Both the position numbers and the translations under genes were made by a program. Positions 48,693-58,677 of a stretch of 64,000 nt of DNA are shown piece by piece. The stretch's first letter is position 1. Each line of letters begins with the position of its first letter. The stretch covers positions 307,740 to 371,739 of IMG/VR virus record IMGVR_UViG_3300027985_000843. The stretch is one strand, 5' to 3'. A model generated the notes under the pieces. The model had not been told where the DNA came from. It saw only the letters and a list, made by a program, of their open reading frames with translations, and ran no database searches.

Positions 48693-49165
48693 TCATCGAC
48701 ATCACGTCCAACCCACCTTCCGAACTCAAAGACCCGCCCTTCACCCCAACCTACTCCCTGTGGGTCCACTCCAACCTCGGAGTGCTCGGGAGCCAAGACC
48801 AGGTCCCCTACAACAAGGAACGCATGATCTCACGGATCTCGTCACCAGGGACCTACGAGGTCATCGAATCAGACATTGTCCTCGATGTCTCCGAAAACGA
48901 CGGCAGCACCCACATCCGAGTCCTCAAGAACGGGGCTGAACTCGCCACCTTCCAAAGCGCACCTCTACCTCGCAAGCCTGAGCCCTCCAAGAACCCCCTC
49001 TCCGGCCCCGTCGAAGACCCCATCGAAGCCCAAGGCTGGTTCACCGTCTACGCCGCCGTGTACTGCCACAACTTCGTGAAGGACTACACCACCACCGCCA
49101 GGGAAGAAGCAGCCGCCGCCATCGCCGACAAGGCCCTGACCCTCTTCCGCCAACGGACCCGCTAG
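48689..49165 (+). CDS. Hypothetical protein
   Basis: Class II motif GGTG-TAGAAT. Confidence 0.7.
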   Translation: MIIDITSNPPSELKDPPFTPTYSLWVHSNLGVLGSQDQVPYNKERMISRISSPGTYEVIESDIVLDVSENDGSTHIRVLKNGAELATFQSAPLPRKPEPSKNPLSGPVEDPIEAQGWFTVYAAVYCHNFVKDYTTTAREEAAAAIADKALTLFRQRTR

Positions 49166-49478
49166 CGATGACCCCCAAAGAAGCCAAGGCCGACTTCCAA
49201 CGCCTCGTCTCTGCCCACGAAGCCGAGCTGTTCGAGTGGAAACTCAAGTACGCCGCCCTCTCCGACCACGACCGGGGCCGCCTAGCCTTCTTCCTCGACG
49301 TCCCAGGCTTCCCTCCCAAGCCCATCCACCCAAGCTACACCCACAAGGCCGGTACCCCCCACCCGCACATGGTCCACGAACAAGCCAAGCTCGGACTCGT
49401 CTGGGTCAAAGGCTACGGGTGGATGGACAAGACCTTCCGCGATGACATCATCGAGTGGCTCCTAGAAGAATCTCAGTC

Positions 49479-50432
49479 CTAGCTGCTCCACTCAAGGTCG
49501 CCTACCCGAACCAGAGCTGGTATGGACTCCAGCTCAACAGGCTCCAGCTCAACAGGCTCGACATTGTCCACGAATTCAAGAAGCGCCATAGGCACCGGCT
49601 GCAACATACCGGCATACACGACCATCGCTAGATCCGACTCCTCGATCCGAGCTACAATCACCCCCTGCCCCTGCTCCAGTAGCACGCCCGCTCGCTGATA
49701 ACCCTCTCGCAAGAAGGCCACCATCACCGGCTGATCCGGCTGAACCGTTGAGTACAACCGGCAAGCAGGAATGAACACATTGAAACCGTCCGATGTGACG
49801 ACCTGCGCCGATAACCACCCGTCACGCGTTCGAGCAGCTGACACAGGGCGAACTTGATCAACCGTTGGAAAGTTCCCTCCCGGATCCCCATCCAAGTCCA
49901 CGTTCGACCAAAAGGGCGTCGCACTCATCCAGTATGTCGGCAACGCATTCATTATCGGCCGAACATGCTCCGGTTGTACCACCACCCGCGACCCGTCCGG
50001 CAAGCCCACATACAAGCGTCGACTGAGAATGGTCACTGGAGTCCCACTCAGAACATGCCCCGGGGGAATCCCAGCATCAACATCATCCTCCCAATAAGGG
50101 ACCGGGCCACCATCCTCACGGACCATCACCGCGTCCGCCACAGATATCCTTTCCAGCTCCTCATTCACAACCACGGAACTCGCCGGGAAGGTGTCGATGA
50201 ACCGCCGGTCCGTGATGAGTATCCGCGACGTCTCGTCGATCAACATGATGAGCCGTGTCGGCCGATCACTCTCGATCGGATCAGGAATGCCCCTCTGACC
50301 TTCATGCATCACCACCATCGTCACGTCCGGCAGCGGCACTTCCACCCCCAACACGTGCGGATGGTTGATCAACGCAGACAACACCCCTGGCGACAGAACG
50401 TCCGCCACAAGCCAGACAACATGGTAAGGCAT
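49479..50432 (-). CDS. Hypothetical protein (beta-rich repeats)
   Basis: ATG 6 nt after minus-strand class II motif at 50443. Confidence 0.7.
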   Translation of the reverse strand: MPYHVVWLVADVLSPGVLSALINHPHVLGVEVPLPDVTMVVMHEGQRGIPDPIESDRPTRLIMLIDETSRILITDRRFIDTFPASSVVVNEELERISVADAVMVREDGGPVPYWEDDVDAGIPPGHVLSGTPVTILSRRLYVGLPDGSRVVVQPEHVRPIMNALPTYWMSATPFWSNVDLDGDPGGNFPTVDQVRPVSAARTRDGWLSAQVVTSDGFNVFIPACRLYSTVQPDQPVMVAFLREGYQRAGVLLEQGQGVIVARIEESDLAMVVYAGMLQPVPMALLEFVDNVEPVELEPVELESIPALVRVGDLEWSS

Positions 50433-50501
50433 CCCAAGAACATACACCGGCCAAAAGGGCCACCTCGGGGGCATAGAGCCCAACCGGTGTATGGTTGAGG
50501 C

Positions 50502-51401
50502 GTGATGGACGACGACCTCGAAGACTTCCTCTCCGACATAACCCCCAAGCCCAGACCCGAGCCCCCTCCCGTCGAGTCCACTGACGACCCCCTCGAAGAC
50601 TTCCTGCCTCCTCCCAAACCAGAAGTCCCCACCACCCTCACGCCAGAGCTGCAAGCCCAACGCGTCCTCGCTGAAGCCCCGAGCGCCAACCCCGCCTACG
50701 TCCACACCCTCGTGAGCAGATCGTCCGATGCCTTCATCGACGCGCTTCTCGACCCCACCCTGTCCAAACGAGCAAAACGAATACGCAACCTCATCCTCCA
50801 ACAAGGGGGATGGTTCGCATACAGTCAGCTGAAAGAGACCTACGCCTGCCACCGCCGAGCCAAACGAGACCTGGTCGAGAAAGGTATCACCCTCTCGGAA
50901 ACGAAAGTCCGAGGCGACACTATCTTCGAACTCGACCCGCACGCCTTCCAACGCCAACGCGAGGGCCGCCTTCCCCTCACCCCCACCGAACTCGATGAGC
51001 TGAGGGCAAGGTACAACTCCAAGTGCGTCCTGTGCCATACACCCCACCACCAACGCCACCTCGAAGCCGACCACCGCGTCCCCTTCGAAGTCGCCGGCAA
51101 CTCCCTGCACGAGCTGCATGGCATCGACGCATTCCAACCCCTGTGCGGAGCCTGCAACACGAAGAAGCAACGCGCCTGCATCGAATGCTCAAACAGACTC
51201 CCGGACGTCTGCCAAGACTGCTTCTGGGCCAACCCACAAACGTACGCCCACGTCGCCACCATCCCCGAACGACGTCTCGAAGTGGTCGTCCACAACACCA
51301 CCCTCATCAAGTTCCTAGACAGCCTTCTACCTAAGCTCCAAGTCGAAGGCCAAACACCAGGAGAAGCTCTGCTCCATCTCCTCCTCAAAGGTGCCGGGTG
51401 A
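50502..51401 (+). CDS. HNH endonuclease, SphI-like type II restriction enzyme family
   Basis: SKRA..IR..IL..G, RA.RDL...G, KC.LC...DHRVPF..AG, F.PLC...N..K..C..C.N...C..CFWA.P..Y.HV.T.PERR, matching my recollection of R.SphI. Confidence 0.7.
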   Translation: MMDDDLEDFLSDITPKPRPEPPPVESTDDPLEDFLPPPKPEVPTTLTPELQAQRVLAEAPSANPAYVHTLVSRSSDAFIDALLDPTLSKRAKRIRNLILQQGGWFAYSQLKETYACHRRAKRDLVEKGITLSETKVRGDTIFELDPHAFQRQREGRLPLTPTELDELRARYNSKCVLCHTPHHQRHLEADHRVPFEVAGNSLHELHGIDAFQPLCGACNTKKQRACIECSNRLPDVCQDCFWANPQTYAHVATIPERRLEVVVHNTTLIKFLDSLLPKLQVEGQTPGEALLHLLLKGAG

Positions 51402-52036
51402 CCCGGACTAAGGCACTTGTGTGCACACGCTTAATGAAAACCCGCACCGAGCCAAATCCCGGTGCCACGGGAGAGATCCCAACCTGCGTGCCACCGGCAC
51501 AGCACAGGGCGTCGTACGCCCAGAAGGATGAACATGTCCCACATATTGCAACTGCAAAGATCTCAAGGCCCTCTCGCGGTTCAACGTACATCCTCCAGAT
51601 TTCCGGGTGGGGCCGTAATTGCTCGCGGTCTTCTCATGGGTGAAGACCTAGCCACTCTCTGGGGTGTTCGTAACCCGGATGAATTCGACCCCTTCGCCTG
51701 GGCCAAGACAGGCACCGACCCAATTGACGAGTATCTGAGGAGACATACCTGGTCCGACGAATTCAAGACAGCCATGAAGTGGGCTGCCGAAGGGGCCCCT
51801 CCAGAGCTACATGGGCCGGGTATGGATGTTGATGGTATACGGGAAAAGTGGCCTAGAGCCCTGTTGGTTGCTGCTCACGGGTATGACCGGTTCATGCGGG
51901 CCAGGTGGACCGATCAGAACTGGGAGATCTTCGATCCAGCTCCCCTTTTGACTCCAAAGCGCTCTAGCTAGCCCCACGCCCCTTCGCGCCACCATCGACA
52001 CCGCCCACTCTCACACGAACGGTGTATGGTACCAGT

Positions 52037-53683
52037 ATGACAAAACCATGCATCCAAGAGAATGTTCTTGTCACCCCCCCATCAAGCCCAAGGGTGCGGG
52101 GAGGTCTACTCCCCCGAGTTTTCAGAACCCTTCAACAAACTCTTGGAACCATGAAAATCTCCTGGCAGATGCTCTGGCTACGGGAAGCCCCCATCCGAGA
52201 CGTCCACGTCACCTCTCGCATCTGGCTCCCCCACAAGGGCTGGTCGCTCCCAACACACCCGCCTGACCACTCCACCCTCACCCTCTGCCCCGTCCGACTC
52301 GACGACGCCAAACGGTGGATCCAATACCGGGCCGACAAGCTCGAAACCGCAAAAGGCGTCCTCTGGGCTCTCGTCCGCGACCCACGCGAAGGCGATGGCA
52401 CCCACATCAACATCGCCCTCGCCTGGCTTCCAGAAGGCTACACCATGTCCGGGGGCGAGGACGACAACCCACCCCACCCGAGGCTCGACTTCCACGAGGT
52501 CCACGATCCAAAAAGTGAGATTGAAGAGTTCCTTGCTGACTTTTCTGACCCCAATACAGCAGAGGTTCCCCTCGTTGTCCCCAGAAAATGGAAGCCAAAG
52601 AAGCCTCTGCAAGAGCATAACCCTACGGCTGCCTCTCAATGGCACCCTACAAAAAACGGAACAATCACACCTCAAGATGTAGGAGTGGGATCCAAGTACA
52701 ATGCCTGGTGGGTGTGTCCTGAAGGGCATACTCACCAGGCACCCGTTTTCCAGAAGGCCCGTGCTGGTGAGCCCGGCTCACACAGACCCTACTCCAACGG
52801 GTGCCCAACATGTCACAAGATACGACGCTCATTAGGTTGGGGGCCCGGCAAAAACTGCCTGGCAGCTAGAAAACCAGAAGTGGCCGAAGACTGGCACCCT
52901 GACAACAAGCTCCGATCGGATGAAGTGGGTTGGTCTTCTCAGGCAGTTGCCAAGTGGCGTTGTAAAACCTGCAAGCACGTGTGGGAAGCCAGCATCTTCT
53001 CAAGGTGCTGGCCCTCAAGAGCAGAGCTTAGCTGCCCCGTGTGTGTACAAAAGTTGGCGGAAAACGGAGATCCGCACGCTAAACGAAGGGCGGGGACGAC
53101 GCCCTCGCTAGCTGAGAGCCTGCCTGGGCTTGCGAAACTTTGGCATCCCACAAAGAATGGCAGCTTGACCCCTGATGATGTCACAGAGCACACCACCAAG
53201 GTAATTTGGTGGATCTGTTCCGAGGGTCATGAGTGGGAGGCTCCTGTGAAGCTCAATCGGCAGCGGTGTTTACAGTGCCGTCAAGAGAAGTCTGTAAGAA
53301 AAGCTGAAAAGGTGCGAACCGCCAACCGATTGAAGAAACAACGATGGGAACCTCTTCTGCCGTATTGGGATGATCAGAACGGCCCCGTGCCCTGGACTAC
53401 ACGCCCAAGTGTCCTAAAAAGTGTGACCTGGAGCTGTCCTGAGGGTCATGTGTGGGAAGCCACCGGGCGGCTCATGTCGAGAAAACCATTGTGCCCATAC
53501 TGTTACTTCCTCAAGCACCTGAAGAACGAATGGCAAGGCTCCGGCCTCCCCGACCTGTCCAAAAGTTACTGGTGGAGGTGCTCCTGCGGGGTCGTCTGGA
53601 AAGCTTCCTTGGCCGTCAGGGTAGGGATGAGCATGGACTACGATCATGGCCCCCCTAACTGCCCGTACTGTTCTCAGCTCTAA
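52037..53683 (+). CDS. Multi-copy treble-clef zinc-ribbon (DUF4379-like) protein
   Basis: Repeated WHP.KN...P..V...WW.C..GH.W.A...CP.C units. Confidence 0.85.
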   Translation: MTKPCIQENVLVTPPSSPRVRGGLLPRVFRTLQQTLGTMKISWQMLWLREAPIRDVHVTSRIWLPHKGWSLPTHPPDHSTLTLCPVRLDDAKRWIQYRADKLETAKGVLWALVRDPREGDGTHINIALAWLPEGYTMSGGEDDNPPHPRLDFHEVHDPKSEIEEFLADFSDPNTAEVPLVVPRKWKPKKPLQEHNPTAASQWHPTKNGTITPQDVGVGSKYNAWWVCPEGHTHQAPVFQKARAGEPGSHRPYSNGCPTCHKIRRSLGWGPGKNCLAARKPEVAEDWHPDNKLRSDEVGWSSQAVAKWRCKTCKHVWEASIFSRCWPSRAELSCPVCVQKLAENGDPHAKRRAGTTPSLAESLPGLAKLWHPTKNGSLTPDDVTEHTTKVIWWICSEGHEWEAPVKLNRQRCLQCRQEKSVRKAEKVRTANRLKKQRWEPLLPYWDDQNGPVPWTTRPSVLKSVTWSCPEGHVWEATGRLMSRKPLCPYCYFLKHLKNEWQGSGLPDLSKSYWWRCSCGVVWKASLAVRVGMSMDYDHGPPNCPYCSQL

Positions 53684-54584
53684 ATCCAGGTAGAAATTCG
53701 AGAAAGTCTTCCATCTCTCGTGCACACTCCTTGGGTGTAGCTTGTTGGTCAAGAGCTTGACTCACCGTCCAGCCCAACTTCAGACGGCTTCGGATCCTAT
53801 TTACTGGGATCTGAAGGTGCTCGGACCACTCGACCAGTGTGAGCGTCTTGCCTCCGTACGAAAGACGTGTGTTCCCCCTGTTGTTCCTTGCTTGCTGCTC
53901 CAATGTAGCCCATCGACAATTATCCGGTTCATAGTTCCCGTCATTATTGACTCGGTCTAGGCTAAGTCCCTTGTGACAGGGACCCATGTCTTTCAAGAAG
54001 GCTAAAAAACTCTCCACCCATCGGTCACAGACAGTGATTCCCCTGCCCCCGTAATCGTCCCACGCCGGATGTCTTGGATTGGTGCATCGTGAAATCATGG
54101 CTTGCCACGCTAAATACGTAGGCGTCCCAGACATGCCGTGCTGTTCCCTCAGCTTCTCAGACTTTTGCCGACCCCTCTGTTGCCCTTTTGGCCTAATTCT
54201 CGGGTCGAGTACCTCTTCGATAGCCCACCCTGCCTTCAGTCGGTTGTATATGTTGTGCCTCTTCATTCCCAACCGTTCCGCCCACTCAGGTACCGACAAC
54301 GTCACCCCACCCAACGTCAACCGGACCGTCTTCCGCGTGTTTCTCGCCTGTTGCTCCCTCGTAGCCCACCGACAATTGCCCGGCTCGTAGTTCCCGTCCG
54401 GGTCAATCCGGTCAAGTGACCACCCTTTTCCTGGACGCCGCCCCATATCTTCCAGGAAGTTGTCGAAAACCTCCCATCGCTCACACACCCGGATCCCACG
54501 CCCACCGTAGTCCGGATGGTCGTTCCGGCATCGGGTGAGCATCGAATGCCACACGTGATATTCAGGCAGGTTTGATGACGCCAT
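53655..54584 (-). CDS. Tandem double HNH homing-endonuclease-like protein
   Basis: Two copies of W..M..RC...YGGRGI.VC.RW...SLDR...DGNYEP.NCRWAT..QQARN plus HTH; class II promoter. Confidence 0.88.
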   Translation of the reverse strand: MASSNLPEYHVWHSMLTRCRNDHPDYGGRGIRVCERWEVFDNFLEDMGRRPGKGWSLDRIDPDGNYEPGNCRWATREQQARNTRKTVRLTLGGVTLSVPEWAERLGMKRHNIYNRLKAGWAIEEVLDPRIRPKGQQRGRQKSEKLREQHGMSGTPTYLAWQAMISRCTNPRHPAWDDYGGRGITVCDRWVESFLAFLKDMGPCHKGLSLDRVNNDGNYEPDNCRWATLEQQARNNRGNTRLSYGGKTLTLVEWSEHLQIPVNRIRSRLKLGWTVSQALDQQATPKECAREMEDFLEFLPGFRAENSTGS

Positions 54585-54681
54585 GCCTAGAACATACACC
54601 GGACGACCCTGTGGACGAACAAGCAGGGGCCGCCAAGGCGGCCCCTGCTTGTTCCCTGCCCCCTCCTGCCCATCTGACCGC

Positions 54682-54732
54682 CCGAAGAGAGGCAGCATCG
54701 CCCTGCCGAAGAGAGGCAGCATCGCCCTGCCG
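54682..54732 (+). repeat. 24-bp tandem repeat x2 (ccgaagagaggcagcatcgccctg)
   Basis: Direct duplication; ggcag/ctgcc stem. Confidence 0.85.
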
Positions 54733-55269
54733 TGGCCCGAAGGGCCGAGGGCGTGGCAAAAACACGGGCGGGAGAGGGTTTGGGATTATCGGGGCGTTTT
54801 TCGGCCAAAAAATGACCGGGGCGGGATTTTGGATTTTTGACTTTTCGAACCACAGAGCGCAATACGTACCCTAAACACGCCCCGTAGCCCTCTTTGTCAA
54901 TCTCAAAGTCATAATACGTCGGTTCTGCTACGGCGGTAATTCAGCCCCCTCCGGAGGTCCGCCCCGGCCAGTGACCTGGCCTCGAACCCAACACCCCGAC
55001 CCCCGTCCATCTCGTACGCCCTCACGGTAAGCGCGTAGCTCACGCCCACGAGCCCACCACCCCAGGGCAACGCCCGCGAGGGCGGCCGCCAAAGGTGTGA
55101 GAAGGGGGACGATTTGTCCGAACATGCGAGCCACCGCGAGCGTAGTAAGGGTGTGGCGGGTGGGAGCCCCCTCCCACAGGGAGGCCGGGAGGATCGAGCC
55201 TCCCACCCGCACACCTACACCTCGACACAAGGAGATTGTTCGAGCGTATGCCCAGGGCCTGAGCCATGC

Positions 55270-55452
55270 CCCTGGGCAGGGGGCGTAGCCCGAGGCCCTG
55301 GGCAGGGGGCGTAGCCCGAGGCCCTGGGCAGGGGGCGTAGCCCGAGGCCCTGGGCAGGGGGCGTAGCCCGAGGCCCTGGGCAGGGGGCGTAGCCCAGGGG
55401 GCGTAGCCCGAGGCCCTGGGCAGGGGGCGTAGCCCGAGGCCCTGGGCAGGGG
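55270..55452 (+). repeat. 26-bp tandem repeat (ccctgggcagggggcgtagcccgagg), about 7 copies
   Basis: Unit starts at 55270, 55296, 55322, 55348, 55374, 55414, 55440; one 14-bp partial duplication; inverted copies near 55485 and 55517. Confidence 0.95.
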
Positions 55453-55745
55453 CACCGCCTCGGGCATGGCAGGGGGGCGTATGCCCCCCTGCCCAGGGGC
55501 GTGGACAAAGAAAGGCCCCTGCCCATGTCCCTGGGCAGGGGCCTAGAATCCCTCGGCAACCACCAGCCCTGCTATGCACCAAGCCAGAGCTGGCGGAGGT
55601 ACGGGCAGCACCCTCATCTCGACTGCCGGCCCCATTGCCGGCGTAGTGCCGAAGCGTGGTACTTTTCGCACCTTGCGGACTGGGCCTCTTTCACACAGCC
55701 CAGCAGGCCCCGCCGTGCCAGAATTCTATTCGTCCCGGAGAACGT

Positions 55746-56063
55746 TCACGACCCTAGGGCCTCAAGGGCTTCGGGGGTCGGCACGTAGCCGCGTAGCTCC
55801 CGACTGCCCTCATAATAGACCCTGTCCACGAGGCCCTGCTTCGCGAGCTTCGACAGGTACCCGCCCGCGAGCAAGTTCCGCTTCGGGTTGTTCGCGGGGA
55901 TGGGGCGGGATGTCTCCTCCGGCCACATGACCCGGCCGAATACCGCCGCCTTCACGGGGCGTCCCTGGCCGATCCGGACCAGGATCTTGATCGCCTTGAG
56001 GGCTGTGGGCGTCATGCTTCCTCCGTGTCTCGCGAACTTCCCGATGGTGGTGTTGGTATTCAT
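55746..56063 (-). CDS. Hypothetical protein (possible winged helix)
   Basis: Class I promoter; GGYLSKLAKQGLVDR. Confidence 0.7.
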   Translation of the reverse strand: MNTNTTIGKFARHGGSMTPTALKAIKILVRIGQGRPVKAAVFGRVMWPEETSRPIPANNPKRNLLAGGYLSKLAKQGLVDRVYYEGSRELRGYVPTPEALEALGS

Positions 56064-56098
56064 GACCGTACTACGCTCCCCGAACATCCAAGTTCGGA

Positions 56099-56335
56099 TT
56101 AAACTTCGTCTCGAAGGATGTTCACGAGAAGCGTGGGGTCATCGGCCGCGCCATCGAAGTTGCAGAGGCAGGCCGTCCACCGAAGGGGTGGCTCGCCAGG
56201 AAACGGTGAGGGGGACTCGACGTCGACCACCCACCCTCCAGGGATATAGCGGGGCTCATCCGTGGTCGTGACGACCCCGGAATGGTTCACCTTGTACTTG
56301 AGGCCCTTCTTGACCTCGCCGTGGCTCATGCTCAT
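56099..56335 (-). CDS. Hypothetical protein
   Basis: Class I promoter. Confidence 0.7.
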   Translation of the reverse strand: MSMSHGEVKKGLKYKVNHSGVVTTTDEPRYIPGGWVVDVESPSPFPGEPPLRWTACLCNFDGAADDPTLLVNILRDEV

Positions 56336-57241
56336 GCACGTACTACGCTCGCCACCGGGAGGAGTTCGGAACCCTCTTCCATTTTGGCGGCTTCCACCAC
56401 ACGGTCCCAGAAGAGCATGTTGATCACGTCAACCACGAGGCGGATGATCGCGCCGTTCCAACGAATCGAACACTTCACGATGTCTGCGTCCAAGAAGGGT
56501 TGCAGCCGCTCGGCGATCCATTGGTCGATCGCTATCAGGACCTCGTTCAGCGGCTCGGGGAAGTCCACGATCAGACTGTTCGAACGCACCTCGACGAAGC
56601 GACCCATCTAGCTGTCCTCCTCGACACACGATCCCCCGACGTGCGTCGCGTAGACATTGGCTGCTCGGATGATCGCATTGATCTTGGTGGTCCCCTGCCG
56701 GAACCATTTGCGGCGTGTCTTGCGGTCGGACAGAGACACGAAGCTCGTTCGACTCACGTCCCCCACAGACATTCGCCGCTGCCGCATGAGCCGTCGCGTC
56801 GATGCTCGATACATCTCCGCGCAGCTGTCGCACAACGGCCAGATTAATCCTCCCCCGCTCACAAAGAACACAGCGGCTTGCCCCCCGCATCGTGCTCGAT
56901 GAGCGTTCCCCCTGAACACACAATCGATCATGTCCGGATCGTATACCGGCCCGGTCGGGGATCAAGCACAAATCCTACTGGATTGCGTTTTCGTGCAGGG
57001 CGAAATGACTTAAATATGCAGGCATTCTCCCTCCTCGCGTGTCCCGACGAATTATCCGAACTTCCGGGCGCGGGAGATCGTAGTAAGGGTGTGGCGGGTG
57101 GGGACCGGCCCCGATCCGGGCCTCATGGAAGATCGAAGCCCCCGGAACCGTCCCGATCCGAGGGCCTACCTCCGTAGTGAGGCCCTGTGAGGGTACGCCC
57201 CGGGCCCGGGGCGTGTCAACTATACCGAATGTTCTCGATGA

Positions 57242-58258
57242 TCATGGCTCCTCCGGGTACTTCGCTCGTACCTTCTCCAGCAGCTTCTGAAGCGCCTCCG
57301 TCACCTTCACCTCAGGGATGCTCGTCGCCCTCACACCGGTCAGGATGATGATCCAGTCGGCCGGGAGGGGGTCCGGCTCGGGCTCCGAAGGGTTCAGCTC
57401 TTCTCGGATGGCCTGCTCGACGGCCTCATCGTGGGCCATGTACCGCTCGAAGTCCTCGTCCGATTCCCGGGCCGGTGCCGGCCCCTTCTCGGCCAGGTCC
57501 GCGAGGGCGTTGGCCGCCAACTTGGTCGCCTTCGGGATCTCATACTCGTTGACCGGACTCACCCCAAGACCCGCCCGGATGTCCGCGAGGGGGTCGCCAC
57601 TCGTCTCCTCGTAGGCCGACAAGCCATCCAAGTCCTCCCGGAAGATGTCGTCCGAGCCCGAGAGGGTGTCGTCCTCCTCTTCTTCCTCGTCTTCGTCCTC
57701 GTCGGGGTCCTTGTGCTCCATCCACCGCTCGAAGTCCTCATCCGACTCCCGCTTGGGGGGCGGGACGGGGTCCGGACCCATCACAACCATCGGCTGGTGG
57801 ACCGGAATCGACAGGTCGGGGGTGGCGTCGTGTCGTTTCAGCCCCTCTGAGGGCCCGTTTTCGGGGGTTTCGGGGGTCGAAACGACATCGGGACTGCCGC
57901 CAGGCACCTCTTCCCCAGCCGTGTCGATGACTTGGGGGTCGGGGGTCAAAACGGACATTTTGTCCGTTTTGGGGCGAGGGGGACTGAGAAGTTTTTTGGC
58001 CTCCGCCAGGTTGGAGGCATCAGCCAGTCGAGGATTGTCCTTCTGGGAGTATACCCACATGTATCTTCGGGCACTTCGTGGTTCGATACCAAGCTTCTCA
58101 AGCCAGGGACCAAACTCCCCGTGCTTGAGGGCCTTCTTCTGCTCAGTGAGAAGCTCCCCGATACGGATGAAGTCCGGAAGGGACTTCCGGAAGACTTGGC
58201 CCACCTTCTCGATGAGCTGTAGAACCTCTTCAGAATGGTCTACGACTAGGTCAGTCAT
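57242..58258 (-). CDS. DUF3102 domain protein with long acidic low-complexity tail
   Basis: IRIGELLTEQKKALKHGEFGPWLE...RSARRYM; RESDEDFER motif twice. Confidence 0.8.
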   Translation of the reverse strand: MTDLVVDHSEEVLQLIEKVGQVFRKSLPDFIRIGELLTEQKKALKHGEFGPWLEKLGIEPRSARRYMWVYSQKDNPRLADASNLAEAKKLLSPPRPKTDKMSVLTPDPQVIDTAGEEVPGGSPDVVSTPETPENGPSEGLKRHDATPDLSIPVHQPMVVMGPDPVPPPKRESDEDFERWMEHKDPDEDEDEEEEEDDTLSGSDDIFREDLDGLSAYEETSGDPLADIRAGLGVSPVNEYEIPKATKLAANALADLAEKGPAPARESDEDFERYMAHDEAVEQAIREELNPSEPEPDPLPADWIIILTGVRATSIPEVKVTEALQKLLEKVRAKYPEEP

Positions 58259-58677
58259 ACTGCCTCCATGATCTCGGCCACTTCGTGATCCCAACGAGTG
58301 TCTTCCAGGGCCTCCCCATCCTTGAAGACGATGAGGGCAACCCCGGCATCCTTGAGAGCGTCGCGGTAGGTGGGGTTCGCCTCCCAGTCCAACACAACAC
58401 AAGGCTTCCGTTTCAAGGCGGTTGCGTAGAGAACCGCTTGGCCTACGGCTGAGAACGAGCTACGACACCCAGTTTTCAGCTCATACACCCACGTCTTGTC
58501 CACTACATCAGCTCGTCCAACCGAGCATCTGACCTGCTCCTGGCATGGGCCCAACCACGCCACGAAAGCCTTCTGCATGACTCGTTCTCGGGACTTGTAG
58601 GTGGGTCGTAAGAAGACTCGGGCGAGCCGCATCTCCGTGAGAAGCCGTCTTATCTCTTGGGCTGGTTCGTCAGTCAT
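58255..58677 (-). CDS. PD-(D/E)XK nuclease with QxxxY motif
   Basis: RE...GRADVV...YELK...VGQAVLY; class II promoter. Confidence 0.75.
   Translation of the reverse strand: MTDEPAQEIRRLLTEMRLARVFLRPTYKSRERVMQKAFVAWLGPCQEQVRCSVGRADVVDKTWVYELKTGCRSSFSAVGQAVLYATALKRKPCVVLDWEANPTYRDALKDAGVALIVFKDGEALEDTRWDHEVAEIMEAV

Noticed and set aside
55270-55452. Second CRISPR array
   Set aside because: The units are head-to-tail with no unique spacers.
54928-55582. Long repeat-protein ORFs over the 26-bp tandem array
   Set aside because: They are frame-cycling translations of a non-triplet GC-rich repeat. Only 54928..55125 (-) might be a small real gene.
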